From Promethearchaeia archaeon (GTDB lineage Archaea; Asgardarchaeota; Lokiarchaeia; Sigyniarchaeales; SOKP01), in the NCBI GenBank assembly GCA_029856155.1, contig JAHQWL010000082.1:1-19000 (forward strand): DNA of 19,000 nt. The letters run 5' to 3'. Positions 8,006 through 17,500 of this stretch are shown piece after piece; position 1 is the first letter of the stretch; the number at the start of each line of letters is the position of its first letter. The translations under genes were made by a program, and so were the position numbers. The notes below the pieces were generated by a model. That model saw nothing but the letters and a program-made list of their open reading frames with translations. It made no database searches and had not been told where the DNA came from.

Positions 8006-9454
8006 CTATTCTTCAATATCAAGAATCTTTTTAACTAGTTTTTTCTTATCTTCGAAATTAGCTTGTCGCGATATCATAATCCTTTGTGCTTGAGGGCTTC
8101 CCGCTCCATGCATCGATTCAGTTCGATAACTAACAGAAGCAACACCCATTGTTAAATTCTCAATAAATCGTAGTACTTTAAAGCGATCTTCAGCACATAT
8201 TCCCTCACATGTAGTTAAATATTTTTCAATTAACGGTCCTATCTCTTTTGAGTTAATATCTGCTTCAGAGGGCATAGTACAAATCAGTCCACCTGCTAAA
8301 TCTTCAGCTAGTCTTCCTATTTCGTAAGGAAACCGAGTGACATTTTGCTTGCATACATTAGCTAGTAACATATCCATTTCATAATTGCCCGCTTCTCTTT
8401 GGAAGCCTAAAGAACTACACGCTATGCCACAACTATATAAAGTCTCATTTAAATGTGTCATTTCTACAAGTTTATCTTTCACATGAGACGCATTCTGAGT
8501 TCCATTATATTCAGAAATTAGAGCTGTAGCCCCTATAAGTACATCTCCAACTCCAACTTTGCATCCTCCATAAGATTGTCGATGAAACCCAGCAAAACGA
8601 TTAACTAATTCTCCAGAGAATTCAATTTCACCCTTCATAAAGATATTCTCATTAGGAATAAAGACATTATCGAAAACAACAAAGATTTCTTGTCCACCAT
8701 ATTTAAAATTTCCAATGTCTAATTTCTCTTCTTCCAATTTTCTTGTATCACATGATTGTCTTCCATATATTAGGGTTATTCCGTCTGCATTTGTATCAAT
8801 TCCAAAACTAACTGCATATTCCTCTTCACCGGGTCTTAATGAGAGAGTGGGCATAACGATTGCCCTATGAGAGTTAAGAAATCCTGTTTGATGAACTTTT
8901 GCTCCTCGAACTATGACACCCTCATCATTCTCGTCTATTATATGTAAAAAAGCATCGGGATCTGGTTGATCTTTAGGTCTTTTACTTCTGTCTCCCTTTG
9001 TATCGGTCATTGCTCCATCTACCATTAGATCTTGGGTTTGAACGTCGATCCAATATTTCTTGAAACGTTCATGATAATTAGTATTATTTTTTTTATCCAT
9101 TTCATAAGTTACACTGTATAACGCATTCGCAGTGTCAAAACCTACACATCTTTGAAAACAACACGCAGTTTTTTGGCCAAGTAATCTCTGCATTTTTACT
9201 TTTTTTATTAAATCATCAACAGATTGATGAATGTGAGTAAACCTATTTATAGTTTCGCCGGTTAAATGAGATTTGGCAGTCATTAGATCTTTATACTCAT
9301 CCAATTGGGCTAATTCATAGATCTTCATAACAGTATTTATTGATGGTTTGATGATAGGGTGGTTCCAAAATTCATTTACTTTTTCACCAAACATATATAA
9401 ATTAATTGGCCTTTTAATAGAGGTTAGGTATTCTTCTGGTGTTTTTAACGGCAT
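8006..9454 (-). CDS. abfD: 4-hydroxybutyryl-CoA dehydratase / vinylacetyl-CoA isomerase
   Basis: CCFQRCVG and HRQSYGGCK ([4Fe-4S] ligands 3 Cys plus His), GAMTDTKGDRS, RGAKVHQTG, and ESMHGAGSPQAQR. 482 aa. Confidence 0.93.
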   Translation of the reverse strand: MPLKTPEEYLTSIKRPINLYMFGEKVNEFWNHPIIKPSINTVMKIYELAQLDEYKDLMTAKSHLTGETINRFTHIHQSVDDLIKKVKMQRLLGQKTACCFQRCVGFDTANALYSVTYEMDKKNNTNYHERFKKYWIDVQTQDLMVDGAMTDTKGDRSKRPKDQPDPDAFLHIIDENDEGVIVRGAKVHQTGFLNSHRAIVMPTLSLRPGEEEYAVSFGIDTNADGITLIYGRQSCDTRKLEEEKLDIGNFKYGGQEIFVVFDNVFIPNENIFMKGEIEFSGELVNRFAGFHRQSYGGCKVGVGDVLIGATALISEYNGTQNASHVKDKLVEMTHLNETLYSCGIACSSLGFQREAGNYEMDMLLANVCKQNVTRFPYEIGRLAEDLAGGLICTMPSEADINSKEIGPLIEKYLTTCEGICAEDRFKVLRFIENLTMGVASVSYRTESMHGAGSPQAQRIMISRQANFEDKKKLVKKILDIEE

Positions 9455-9594
9455 TTAATTTTCTCCTTAAAATTAGAAATATTAATGATAATTGATAATT
9501 TATATAAATTTCAAAATTTTTAATATTTAATTATAATAAAAAAAAGTACTTCAGTTTCTCTTCGAATAATTAATAATAAGACTTCTTAAATTGA

Positions 9595-10515
9595 TTAAGT
9601 TTCAAAACTTTCCTCTTGATCTGAGGAGGAGTGCATATGTACTTTTGAATTTTTTTCCAAATATGTCATTCGTTTTTCTAAAATGGTCATAGTTTCTATA
9701 ATATTATTCAATACTTTGTTAGTTTCTCTAATTTCATATTGGAGATCACCAAGTTGATTAAGGATAAATGATTTAACCTTAGATTCCTTAACGGGATTTA
9801 TCAACCAATTAATAATATTCTGAATAAATTTTCGATTATCTAATGAATTAATACCTATTCTTGAATTGGAAGTGAATATATCAATATCTCCAATTGCTAT
9901 GATTTTTCCTTGCCCAAATTCTGTATATGCTGCAATAGTATACTGTTTTTCCTCTAGTTTAGACCACTCCTCAGATGCATTATTATAAACTTCTGACCAT
10001 ACAGATCGTTCATTTGATTGCAATAGAGGTTTTACTTCTTTACTTAAAAATAAGGAACATGCGCCTCCAATTATTATTTCTCTTAAATTTTTTGTTATTT
10101 GATGCTTTATAAAATTTTGAATATGTAGTATGCTAGAACAATTTTTATTATTATCATTTATCTCTTTAATTATATTTTTCTCAAAAGAAACGCCAAATTT
10201 TCCAGCAATATCATTTAGATTGGTTTTTTGAAGGTGATCTGCTCCATATTCACTCAATAAGAGTAAACCCCCTCCACTTCTTACATGATCAACAACGAGT
10301 TTTATTTCTAAACTTGAAAAGAAATCATCAATTGGATTACCAATAATTAAAAGATCAATATTTTCTAATGTTTTTTTTGTTATATGTCCATTCTCATTCC
10401 TTTTAATCTTAACATCTAATCGTTTTAGAAGATTTGAGAATTCTTTAAATTCTTGATCTTCGATATTTAACATTTCATTGTGAGTTAAATCAAAAAGTAT
10501 GGTTTTTTTTAGCAT
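9595..10515 (-). CDS. GIFT (GldG/IFT52-like, DUF4350-like) domain protein with C-terminal coiled coil
   Basis: ILFDLTHNE start, L..IDLLIIGNP...F...E...V..GGGLLLLSE.G, TNLN.IA..FG, GKIIAIGD.DIF and DNRKF..NIINWL, followed by heptad-patterned LGDLQYEIRETNKVLNNIIETMTILEKRMTYLE. No signal peptide or TM helix. Confidence 0.75.
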   Translation of the reverse strand: MLKKTILFDLTHNEMLNIEDQEFKEFSNLLKRLDVKIKRNENGHITKKTLENIDLLIIGNPIDDFFSSLEIKLVVDHVRSGGGLLLLSEYGADHLQKTNLNDIAGKFGVSFEKNIIKEINDNNKNCSSILHIQNFIKHQITKNLREIIIGGACSLFLSKEVKPLLQSNERSVWSEVYNNASEEWSKLEEKQYTIAAYTEFGQGKIIAIGDIDIFTSNSRIGINSLDNRKFIQNIINWLINPVKESKVKSFILNQLGDLQYEIRETNKVLNNIIETMTILEKRMTYLEKNSKVHMHSSSDQEESFET

Positions 10516-10746
10516 TATTCCAATATCCTAAGTGAAAGAGATTTTAGCTGTTTTTAAAAAGTGGTTTATTTTTTATTGATTATTTAATAAAATAAGCTTA
10601 TGACTTACAAGAAAATTCAAATATAAAAATCATTACTTATCTATTTTATTTCCGTTCTTGCCTACCAAAAATTTTTTAAACTGTATATAATACTCTTTTT
10701 TGGATCATTTTAAGTGAAGCAAATTTAAAAAAATGTCAAATGGAAA

Positions 10747-12054
10747 ATGGTTATGAATAACACAATTGCTGTTATAGGTTTATCTTGGGGCGACGAGGGA
10801 AAGGGTAAATTTGTTGATTACTTAGCTCAAAAAGCCGACGTAGTTGTAAGGTATAATGGAGGAAATAACGCAGGGCATACGATTATTGCTAATGGAGTTA
10901 AATATAAATTTAAATTAATGCCATCTGGTGCTCCTTTAGAAAAAGAGGGAGTAATAGCTAATGGTTGTGTAGTTGATCCAAAAGTTTTACTTGAGGAAAT
11001 TGAAAATCTAAAGAAATTAAACAAGAGCGTTTATTTAAAGCTGAGTTCTACAGCTCACGTAATTTTCCCCTTTCATCGTATTTTAGATGGATTAGAAGAA
11101 GAATCAAAAGGAAATTATGCCGCAGGAACCACTAAAAGAGGAATTGGTCCTACCTATTCTGATAAAGCAGCTAGGTGGGGTTTAAGAGTCTTCGACTTAA
11201 TAAATCCTGAGATTTTAAAGCCAAAATTGGAAAAATTGTTTAAAATTAAAAAAGAGCTTATAAATATTTATGATCCAAGCTGGAATGTTAATTTAGAAAC
11301 CATTTATGAAGAATACAAAAACTATGGTGAACAATTAAAACCTTATGTAATTGATTCAGCATATTATTTGAATAAAGCTCTTGATGCTGGAAAAAATATT
11401 CTTTTTGAGGCGGCTCAAGGCAGTTTACTCGGTATAGATCATGGGTACTATCCTTATGGTACATCATCTAATGCAAATGCATTGGGTATTTCTGCAGGTA
11501 CTGGAATTCCTCCAAAAAAAATAAATAAAATAATTGGAATAGTAAAGGCATATACTTCTCGTGTTGGTGAGGGAAAATTCCCAACAGAATTGTTTAATGA
11601 TACTGCTGATAAAATCAGAGAACAAGGTCATGAATACGGAACTGTAACCGGAAGACCACGTAGAGTTGGATGGTTAGACCTTTTTAATATCAAATATGGA
11701 ATCATGATTAACGGTGTTGATAAGGTTATAATCACTCTTTTAGACGCCTTAGAAGGGATTAATCCAATTAAAATATGTACCACTTATGAACTTGACGGTA
11801 AAAAACTTGAAAGTTGGCCAATCCAATCAGAAATGATTGAAAATTGTATACCAATTTATAAAACTTTTGAAGGTTGGGAAGAAAAATCTAGAGATGAATG
11901 GTTAGATATTGCCAAAAAAGGATATGATGCCCTTCCAGAGACAATGAAAATTTATATTCAATCTATTAAGGAATTACTTAACATCGATATTGCTATGGTT
12001 TCTATTGGACCAGATAGAAGAGAAACTATAGTATTAGAAGACATAAATTTTTAA
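10747..12054 (+). CDS. purA: Adenylosuccinate synthetase
   Basis: WGDEGKGK, GGNNAGHT, GTTKRGIGPTYSDK, FEAAQG.LL.IDHG.YPY.TSS, KAYTSRVGEG.FPTE, EYGTVTGRPRRVGWLD, and SIGPDR. Confidence 0.98.
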   Translation: MVMNNTIAVIGLSWGDEGKGKFVDYLAQKADVVVRYNGGNNAGHTIIANGVKYKFKLMPSGAPLEKEGVIANGCVVDPKVLLEEIENLKKLNKSVYLKLSSTAHVIFPFHRILDGLEEESKGNYAAGTTKRGIGPTYSDKAARWGLRVFDLINPEILKPKLEKLFKIKKELINIYDPSWNVNLETIYEEYKNYGEQLKPYVIDSAYYLNKALDAGKNILFEAAQGSLLGIDHGYYPYGTSSNANALGISAGTGIPPKKINKIIGIVKAYTSRVGEGKFPTELFNDTADKIREQGHEYGTVTGRPRRVGWLDLFNIKYGIMINGVDKVIITLLDALEGINPIKICTTYELDGKKLESWPIQSEMIENCIPIYKTFEGWEEKSRDEWLDIAKKGYDALPETMKIYIQSIKELLNIDIAMVSIGPDRRETIVLEDINF

Positions 12055-12061
12055 TTTTTTT
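12055..12061 (+). terminator. Putative oligo-T archaeal terminator after purA
   Basis: T7 tract immediately after the purA stop codon in a 24-nt convergent gap. Weak evidence given the AT-rich background. Confidence 0.35.
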
Positions 12062-12078
12062 CCATACTCATTTTTGAT

Positions 12079-12651
12079 TTATTTAAAGCATACTAAACCA
12101 AAACGGTACACAAAATCATTAGGCGGCCATTCTATATTAAACTCTAAATTTTTAACAGTCTGAGTTACATCGATCCCTACAGCTTCCATAGAATATCTTT
12201 TTTTTTTTGGGTAGCGACAAGGTTCACCAGCATCATAAGTACATTCTTTATCTTTCTCATTAAAGCATACTCTACAAAAGCCATCCCATAAGATAAGTTT
12301 ATCTTCATATGAAATTTGTATTTCTTCGATAAAATTTAAAATTTCGTGCCCTAGTTCATCTCGTAGAAGATTTTTCATAAAGAATGCGTTTCGTATATTT
12401 TTTTCATTTCTTTTAGGATGTTTTGCTTTTATTTCTTCAATATATGAATTCAAATCAAATTTGACATAAACAAGATAAAATTTTTTATACGTAGAGACTT
12501 CATATTCTAAATATGGAGCTTCAGGTGGACAAGCCCAGGAATGCCCATAACTAGGGCATTTAAAATTAGGAGTAACACAATAAGATTGCACTTTCGGATC
12601 AAAGATTATATCCCCTAATTTAACTTCTAGAAATGGCAAGTTTAGTTCCAA
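12079..12651 (-). CDS. DUF2284 family predicted metal-binding protein
   Basis: C....CPSYGHSWACPP, GFCRVC, C......CRYP..RYSMEAVGIDV..T. TTG start. Confidence 0.88.
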   Translation of the reverse strand: MELNLPFLEVKLGDIIFDPKVQSYCVTPNFKCPSYGHSWACPPEAPYLEYEVSTYKKFYLVYVKFDLNSYIEEIKAKHPKRNEKNIRNAFFMKNLLRDELGHEILNFIEEIQISYEDKLILWDGFCRVCFNEKDKECTYDAGEPCRYPKKKRYSMEAVGIDVTQTVKNLEFNIEWPPNDFVYRFGLVCFK

Positions 12652-12812
12652 CTATTTTTCTTAAAATGTAAAAAAATTAATAATATAAAATTTTTTTCTT
12701 AACTTTAATTCGGTTCTTATGTGTAGAGATCAAGCCCAAAAAAGGAAATTTTTTTTAAGAAACAAATAATAAATGAGATTAAAAAAATAATTTTTGATTT
12801 TTAATTGTTGGT

Positions 12813-13469
12813 GTGAATTGTATGAAATTATTAAAAGATAAAAAAAGTAAATTATTAGATGTTGCAAATCAATTTTGTACTCAAATTTTGAATGGTTCGG
12901 ACTTACTTCATGCATGTATTAATGATTTAATTGAAGGAAAACTAAATAAGGATAAATTAGACGACGTTATAAAGAGCGAACATGAGGGTGACGTTGCAAA
13001 GGAAAATTATATTACTGTTCTTTATGAGGATAAGAGGTCTCTCCCTTTCTTAGTTGAGGATCGATTTAGAATAATTAAATATTTAGATATTATTTCTGAT
13101 AAATCAGAAGAACTTGCTCGTGGTTTACTAGTTTTTCCATTTGATCTGTACGATGATATAAAGAAAGAAATGAAAAAACTCAATGATACATATGAAGAAA
13201 CTGTGAAATTACTAATTGAAATGATAAACCTAATGGAGACAGATTTTAAAACAGCATATGAAAAATCATTCACTATAGAAACACTAAAGAGAAACGGTCG
13301 TGATTCCAAATTTAAGATCTTAGGAGTGATTTATAAAAAATCAGAAGAAAAATCTCTTCAAATATATTTAACATCAAAAATATGCATTAAATTATTTGAC
13401 ATGATCGAAAGAGCTGAAGAAATTAGTGATTTTCTTAGAAGTTTGATTGTAAAATATCCAAGTAAATAA
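12813..13469 (+). CDS. DUF47 / PhoU-like phosphate transport regulator
   Basis: EHEGD, LPF..EDR, LD.I.D..E and ERAEEISD motifs; all-helical; directly upstream of a PiT gene. The likely true start is ATG at 12822, preceded by GGTGTGA. Confidence 0.88.
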   Translation: MNCMKLLKDKKSKLLDVANQFCTQILNGSDLLHACINDLIEGKLNKDKLDDVIKSEHEGDVAKENYITVLYEDKRSLPFLVEDRFRIIKYLDIISDKSEELARGLLVFPFDLYDDIKKEMKKLNDTYEETVKLLIEMINLMETDFKTAYEKSFTIETLKRNGRDSKFKILGVIYKKSEEKSLQIYLTSKICIKLFDMIERAEEISDFLRSLIVKYPSK

Positions 13470-13484
13470 ATGAAGGCGATGTAA

Positions 13485-14441
13485 ATGGCTTTATCAGTTA
13501 TACTTGTCATATTTTTAGTTATAGCGATAATAATCGCGTTTGGAATTGGTGGAAATGATGAAACATTCGCTGGAATCTACGGTTCAAGAATTCTAAATAT
13601 GAAGCAAATTTTGATTTTAGCTACAATTTTCGCAATAACAGGAGCCCTTATATTAGGTGAAGCTGTAAGTAAGACTGTAGGTAAAGGCATTTTGGCTGAT
13701 CTTAATAATGCAATTGTCATAACAATTTTAGTATCTACTGCTATTTGGTTAATATTATCATCTGCTTTGGGATTACCGATATCAACAACTCATGCAACAA
13801 TCGGAGCTGTTATAGGTCTTGGAATAGCTCTCAATGCTAGTCTTGACTGGTTGAAGATTCTTGAATTGAGCATTTGGTGGGTTTTATCTCCGATTATTGG
13901 GTATATTGTCTCATTTTTTGTTTTCAAACTTATGCGTAAATATAAAGTTAAACATTTAAACGGATTTCAGAGTTTAGAAAAAAACGAAAAAACTTTCACC
14001 TATATTGTTTTAATAGTCATCTGTATCACCGCATTCTCAAGATCAGGAAATGATTGCTCAAATGCAGTAGGAATTGTTGTTGGTATTGGAGATATACAAA
14101 TAAATCTTCTTCTTTTAATAACTGGATTTAGTTTAGCTGGGGGATTAATAGTTTTAGGTCGAGGAGTTATTAAGAGCGTTGGACGAATTACAGAGCTTTA
14201 TCCAAGTACCGCTTTTGCTGCTCAAATTCCTACAGCAGCGATACTTTTTCTTGGTACTGCGCTAGGAATTCCTTTATCGGGATCTCATATGTTAGTGGCT
14301 TCTCTAGTGGGGTTATCTAAAGCAAGTCAGACTCCTACTAAAAAAGGTATGTGGAAAATAGTGCTAATCTGGTTTTTAACATTTCCAATGGCAGCACTCC
14401 TCTCAATAGTGCTATACTTTCCAATCAGTGCTACCATTTAA
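13485..14441 (+). CDS. pit: PiT (PHO4) family inorganic phosphate transporter
   Basis: Multiple TM helices; GGND, V.KTVGKGI, GLPISTTHATIGAVIG, GNDCSNAVG, V.KSVG.IT, GIPLSGSH and W.LT.P motifs. Confidence 0.93.
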   Translation: MALSVILVIFLVIAIIIAFGIGGNDETFAGIYGSRILNMKQILILATIFAITGALILGEAVSKTVGKGILADLNNAIVITILVSTAIWLILSSALGLPISTTHATIGAVIGLGIALNASLDWLKILELSIWWVLSPIIGYIVSFFVFKLMRKYKVKHLNGFQSLEKNEKTFTYIVLIVICITAFSRSGNDCSNAVGIVVGIGDIQINLLLLITGFSLAGGLIVLGRGVIKSVGRITELYPSTAFAAQIPTAAILFLGTALGIPLSGSHMLVASLVGLSKASQTPTKKGMWKIVLIWFLTFPMAALLSIVLYFPISATI

Positions 14442-14512
14442 CTTTATTTTTTTAAATTTTAGATTCTGCTTTAGATTTTAGAAAAAAAAGCTTCCCTGAT
14501 AATTACTAATAG

Positions 14513-17500
14513 TCATCTTAAGATTTCTCTATGAAGTTTTTCAATGAAATTATCAAAATCATCTTTTGTATATTTTACATTTAACAAATGGCCCAAAATT
14601 GGTGGAACATGTCCTTCATCTTCAAAAACAGGAATCATTTTAATTAAGCCTTTTTTTCTACGCTGAAATGCTGCCTGCCACTCATCACTTACTGCTGCAG
14701 AATTAAGTGATCTTTCACTACAAAAAAGAATAAAAACATCACTTTCTTGTAGAGTTCTATCCATAAATTCAACAATATTTTCTTTACTATCCTTTTCCCA
14801 GTATAAAACTTTATCAATATCAGGATATTTTTCCAACTTCTGTACAATTTTATTTATTTGAAAATACTCTGAATCTAAAGTAGAATAACTTATAAATATA
14901 TTATGCTCCTTCTCTTCTACTTTTTCTACTACGGGAGCAATCTGCTTTTCTTCTTCTAAGATTTTTGGTACTAAAGGAGTAATTATTGGTTCTCTCTTAG
15001 CTTCTTCATAAATTCCCGCTTCAATATTCTTGCATTGATCAACTTTTTTCGTTGCTTCATTAAATATATCGAAGAACTCATATTCATCAGCTGTATCTTG
15101 TATTTTACCTAAATTTTTATATGCTAGTTTAATATTCCTTTCCTTAATGAGATAATCAACAAAATCTAATTTTTCTTCTAGTTTTCTTCTTGTTTTTTGT
15201 CTTTTCTTCTCACTAATTTCTTTTTTCTTCAATCCGGATGTAGAAGCTCTCTTCTTTACTATTATAACAGCAATAGTAACCCCAACAACAACTAATCCAA
15301 TTATCAGAACAATAATTAAAATATCAAAAGGAAATCTACTTGTTAAACCAGGTATATTGTTATTAGAACCTATATTGTTTTCACTATCAATTTCTACAAT
15401 TGCTTGATCATTATATAATATAGTATTCCAATCAATGGAATTAAAATTAGATTGATTAAGATATATTCCTATTCCATTGTTATTTATTGTATTATTCGTT
15501 ATATCATTGGAATGACTATTAAATAAATAAATACCATAAAGTTCATTAAAGTTAATTGTCTCTTTATTATTGATAATATCGATATTACTACTATCAATCA
15601 ATACAATTCCGGCTCTCTCATTGTTATTAATTGAATTCTCAGATATGACGATAGATTGACATGAAATTAAGACAATTCCATTTGCGTTATTAAATGAACA
15701 ATTATTATAGAACAATTTTCCATTTAAAGTAGCAATTAGTTTAATTCCTCCATCATAACGGTTGGATCCCGAATTATAAAAACTACAATTCTGAATCTCG
15801 AAATACACACTAGAGCTTCTGATTGTAAGACAACTAACTTGATTCAGACCATTAATTTTAATGTTGTTAATGATATAAGGATCAACTAGGGTTCCAGAAC
15901 CTGTACACCAAGGTAAATTTACAACTTCTAACCACGTATAATCACCAATACCAGTATTATCAATAATTAAGGGGTTTAATATCCAATACCCACTTTCACT
16001 ATCATAAATTAGAACAGTTACACTAATGCAATTCGAAAGCATAGAACCAAAACTATTATTTGCCACAACGATAAAATAATAATTTCCAGTAGATAAATCC
16101 ATAATTGGGTATAATATATTTGTTGTTTCGATCTCAAGGGCAATGAGACTGCTGTTTATATGGGTAATATATCTAGAATACAGATAAATTGAATAATTAT
16201 CCGCTCCTGCGGACTCTGTCCAAGTAAGATTAAAAACTCCATCAGTATCAAAAGGACTATCAGCATCGGAAGATAAATTAAATTGCTTTGGAGATACTTG
16301 AACCTCAATCCAAATGTTATTTGACAAAGTTTCTCCGGTTTCATTATATGCTACCGCTACGAAATAGTATACACCTCTTGATAACCCTATGATCAGAAAG
16401 GGAGAAGTTGCTGTTTGATCTGCAATTATAGTAAGACTGGTGTTTATCATTGTAATTAACCTATCAAAAGAGTAAATGGAATAATTGTCTGCTCCCTCTG
16501 AAACCGTCCAAGTTAAGTTAAACGCACCATTGGTATCAGGATCCCCAGCATCACTAGTTAATGTAAAATTCCCCGGCTTAGGACGTTCTACAGTTATTTC
16601 AACATTATTCGAAAGTTTTTGACGTGTTCCATTATATGCTACTACAGCACAATAATACTTTCCCGTTTTCAATCCTGAGATTTGAAATGGGGATTGTGCA
16701 TTTTTATCAGCTAATAACTGAAGGCTTTTATTTATATATGTAATAGGTTTATCATAAATATATACAGAGTAACCTACAGCACCAGTAGAGTTTGACCAAG
16801 TTAAATTGAATGTCCCATCTTTATCTGGCATGTTAGCATCACTATATAATGTAAAATCCCCAGGTAAAGCCTGTCCGCCTACAAGATTATTAATACCCCA
16901 GTATGGTATTGAATATAGACCTGTAGCAAGGGTATCTGGATAGATCGAATTAAATGAAGGAAGTACTATTTTATCACCATCTAATTGCCATTGACTAAAT
17001 AAAGTAAAAGCATAAGGATAGCCTTCTACTAAATCGTGAGAATTAGTAAAAGCTATATTCCCGGAAACACCCTCAAAAGGATTGCTTGTAGTTATATTTT
17101 CTAAAGCCGCAATATTAGGATCCGGGTTAAAAGTTTGAGTATTAGAAATTACTTCTGCTATAAGTCTAACTGCGTCATAAGATCCAGCTCCAGTATAATA
17201 TGGTTCAATACCAAATGTTGCGATATAAGAATCCCAAAAAGGTATTGTACGGGTGGTCTTATTAGTTCTATGGATACTCTGCATTAAGATCTCGTATTGA
17301 CATTTTCCTTCAGTATCATCCCAGTATGAATCTAATTGGGCTTCTACATTAATACCAGCTAAAAGACATCCTGGTTTTACGGCACTATAAGATTTTACCA
17401 TAGTTATCGCATCGCTACTTGAGATTATTGATATCGTTAATTGGGCACCCGCAGAATCAATATCACTCCAATAAGATGCAAAATCATAACTAGAGGCACC

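Noticed and set aside
10827-11024. 65-aa minus-strand ORF
   Set aside because: Antisense within purA.
12730-12915. 61-aa minus-strand ORF
   Set aside because: Overlaps the DUF47 start and AT-rich promoter region; low complexity.
13022-13309. 95-aa minus-strand ORF
   Set aside because: Antisense within the DUF47 gene.
14513-14905. Thoeris/CBASS/Pycsar-type defence operon around the TIR
   Set aside because: No ThsA, cyclase, STING/SAVED, Argonaute or NLR genes adjacent; neighbours are PiT and EamA transporters.
16156-16344. 62-aa alternate-frame ORF
   Set aside because: Nested in the FN3 repeats of the large receptor ORF, whose main frame is clearly conserved.
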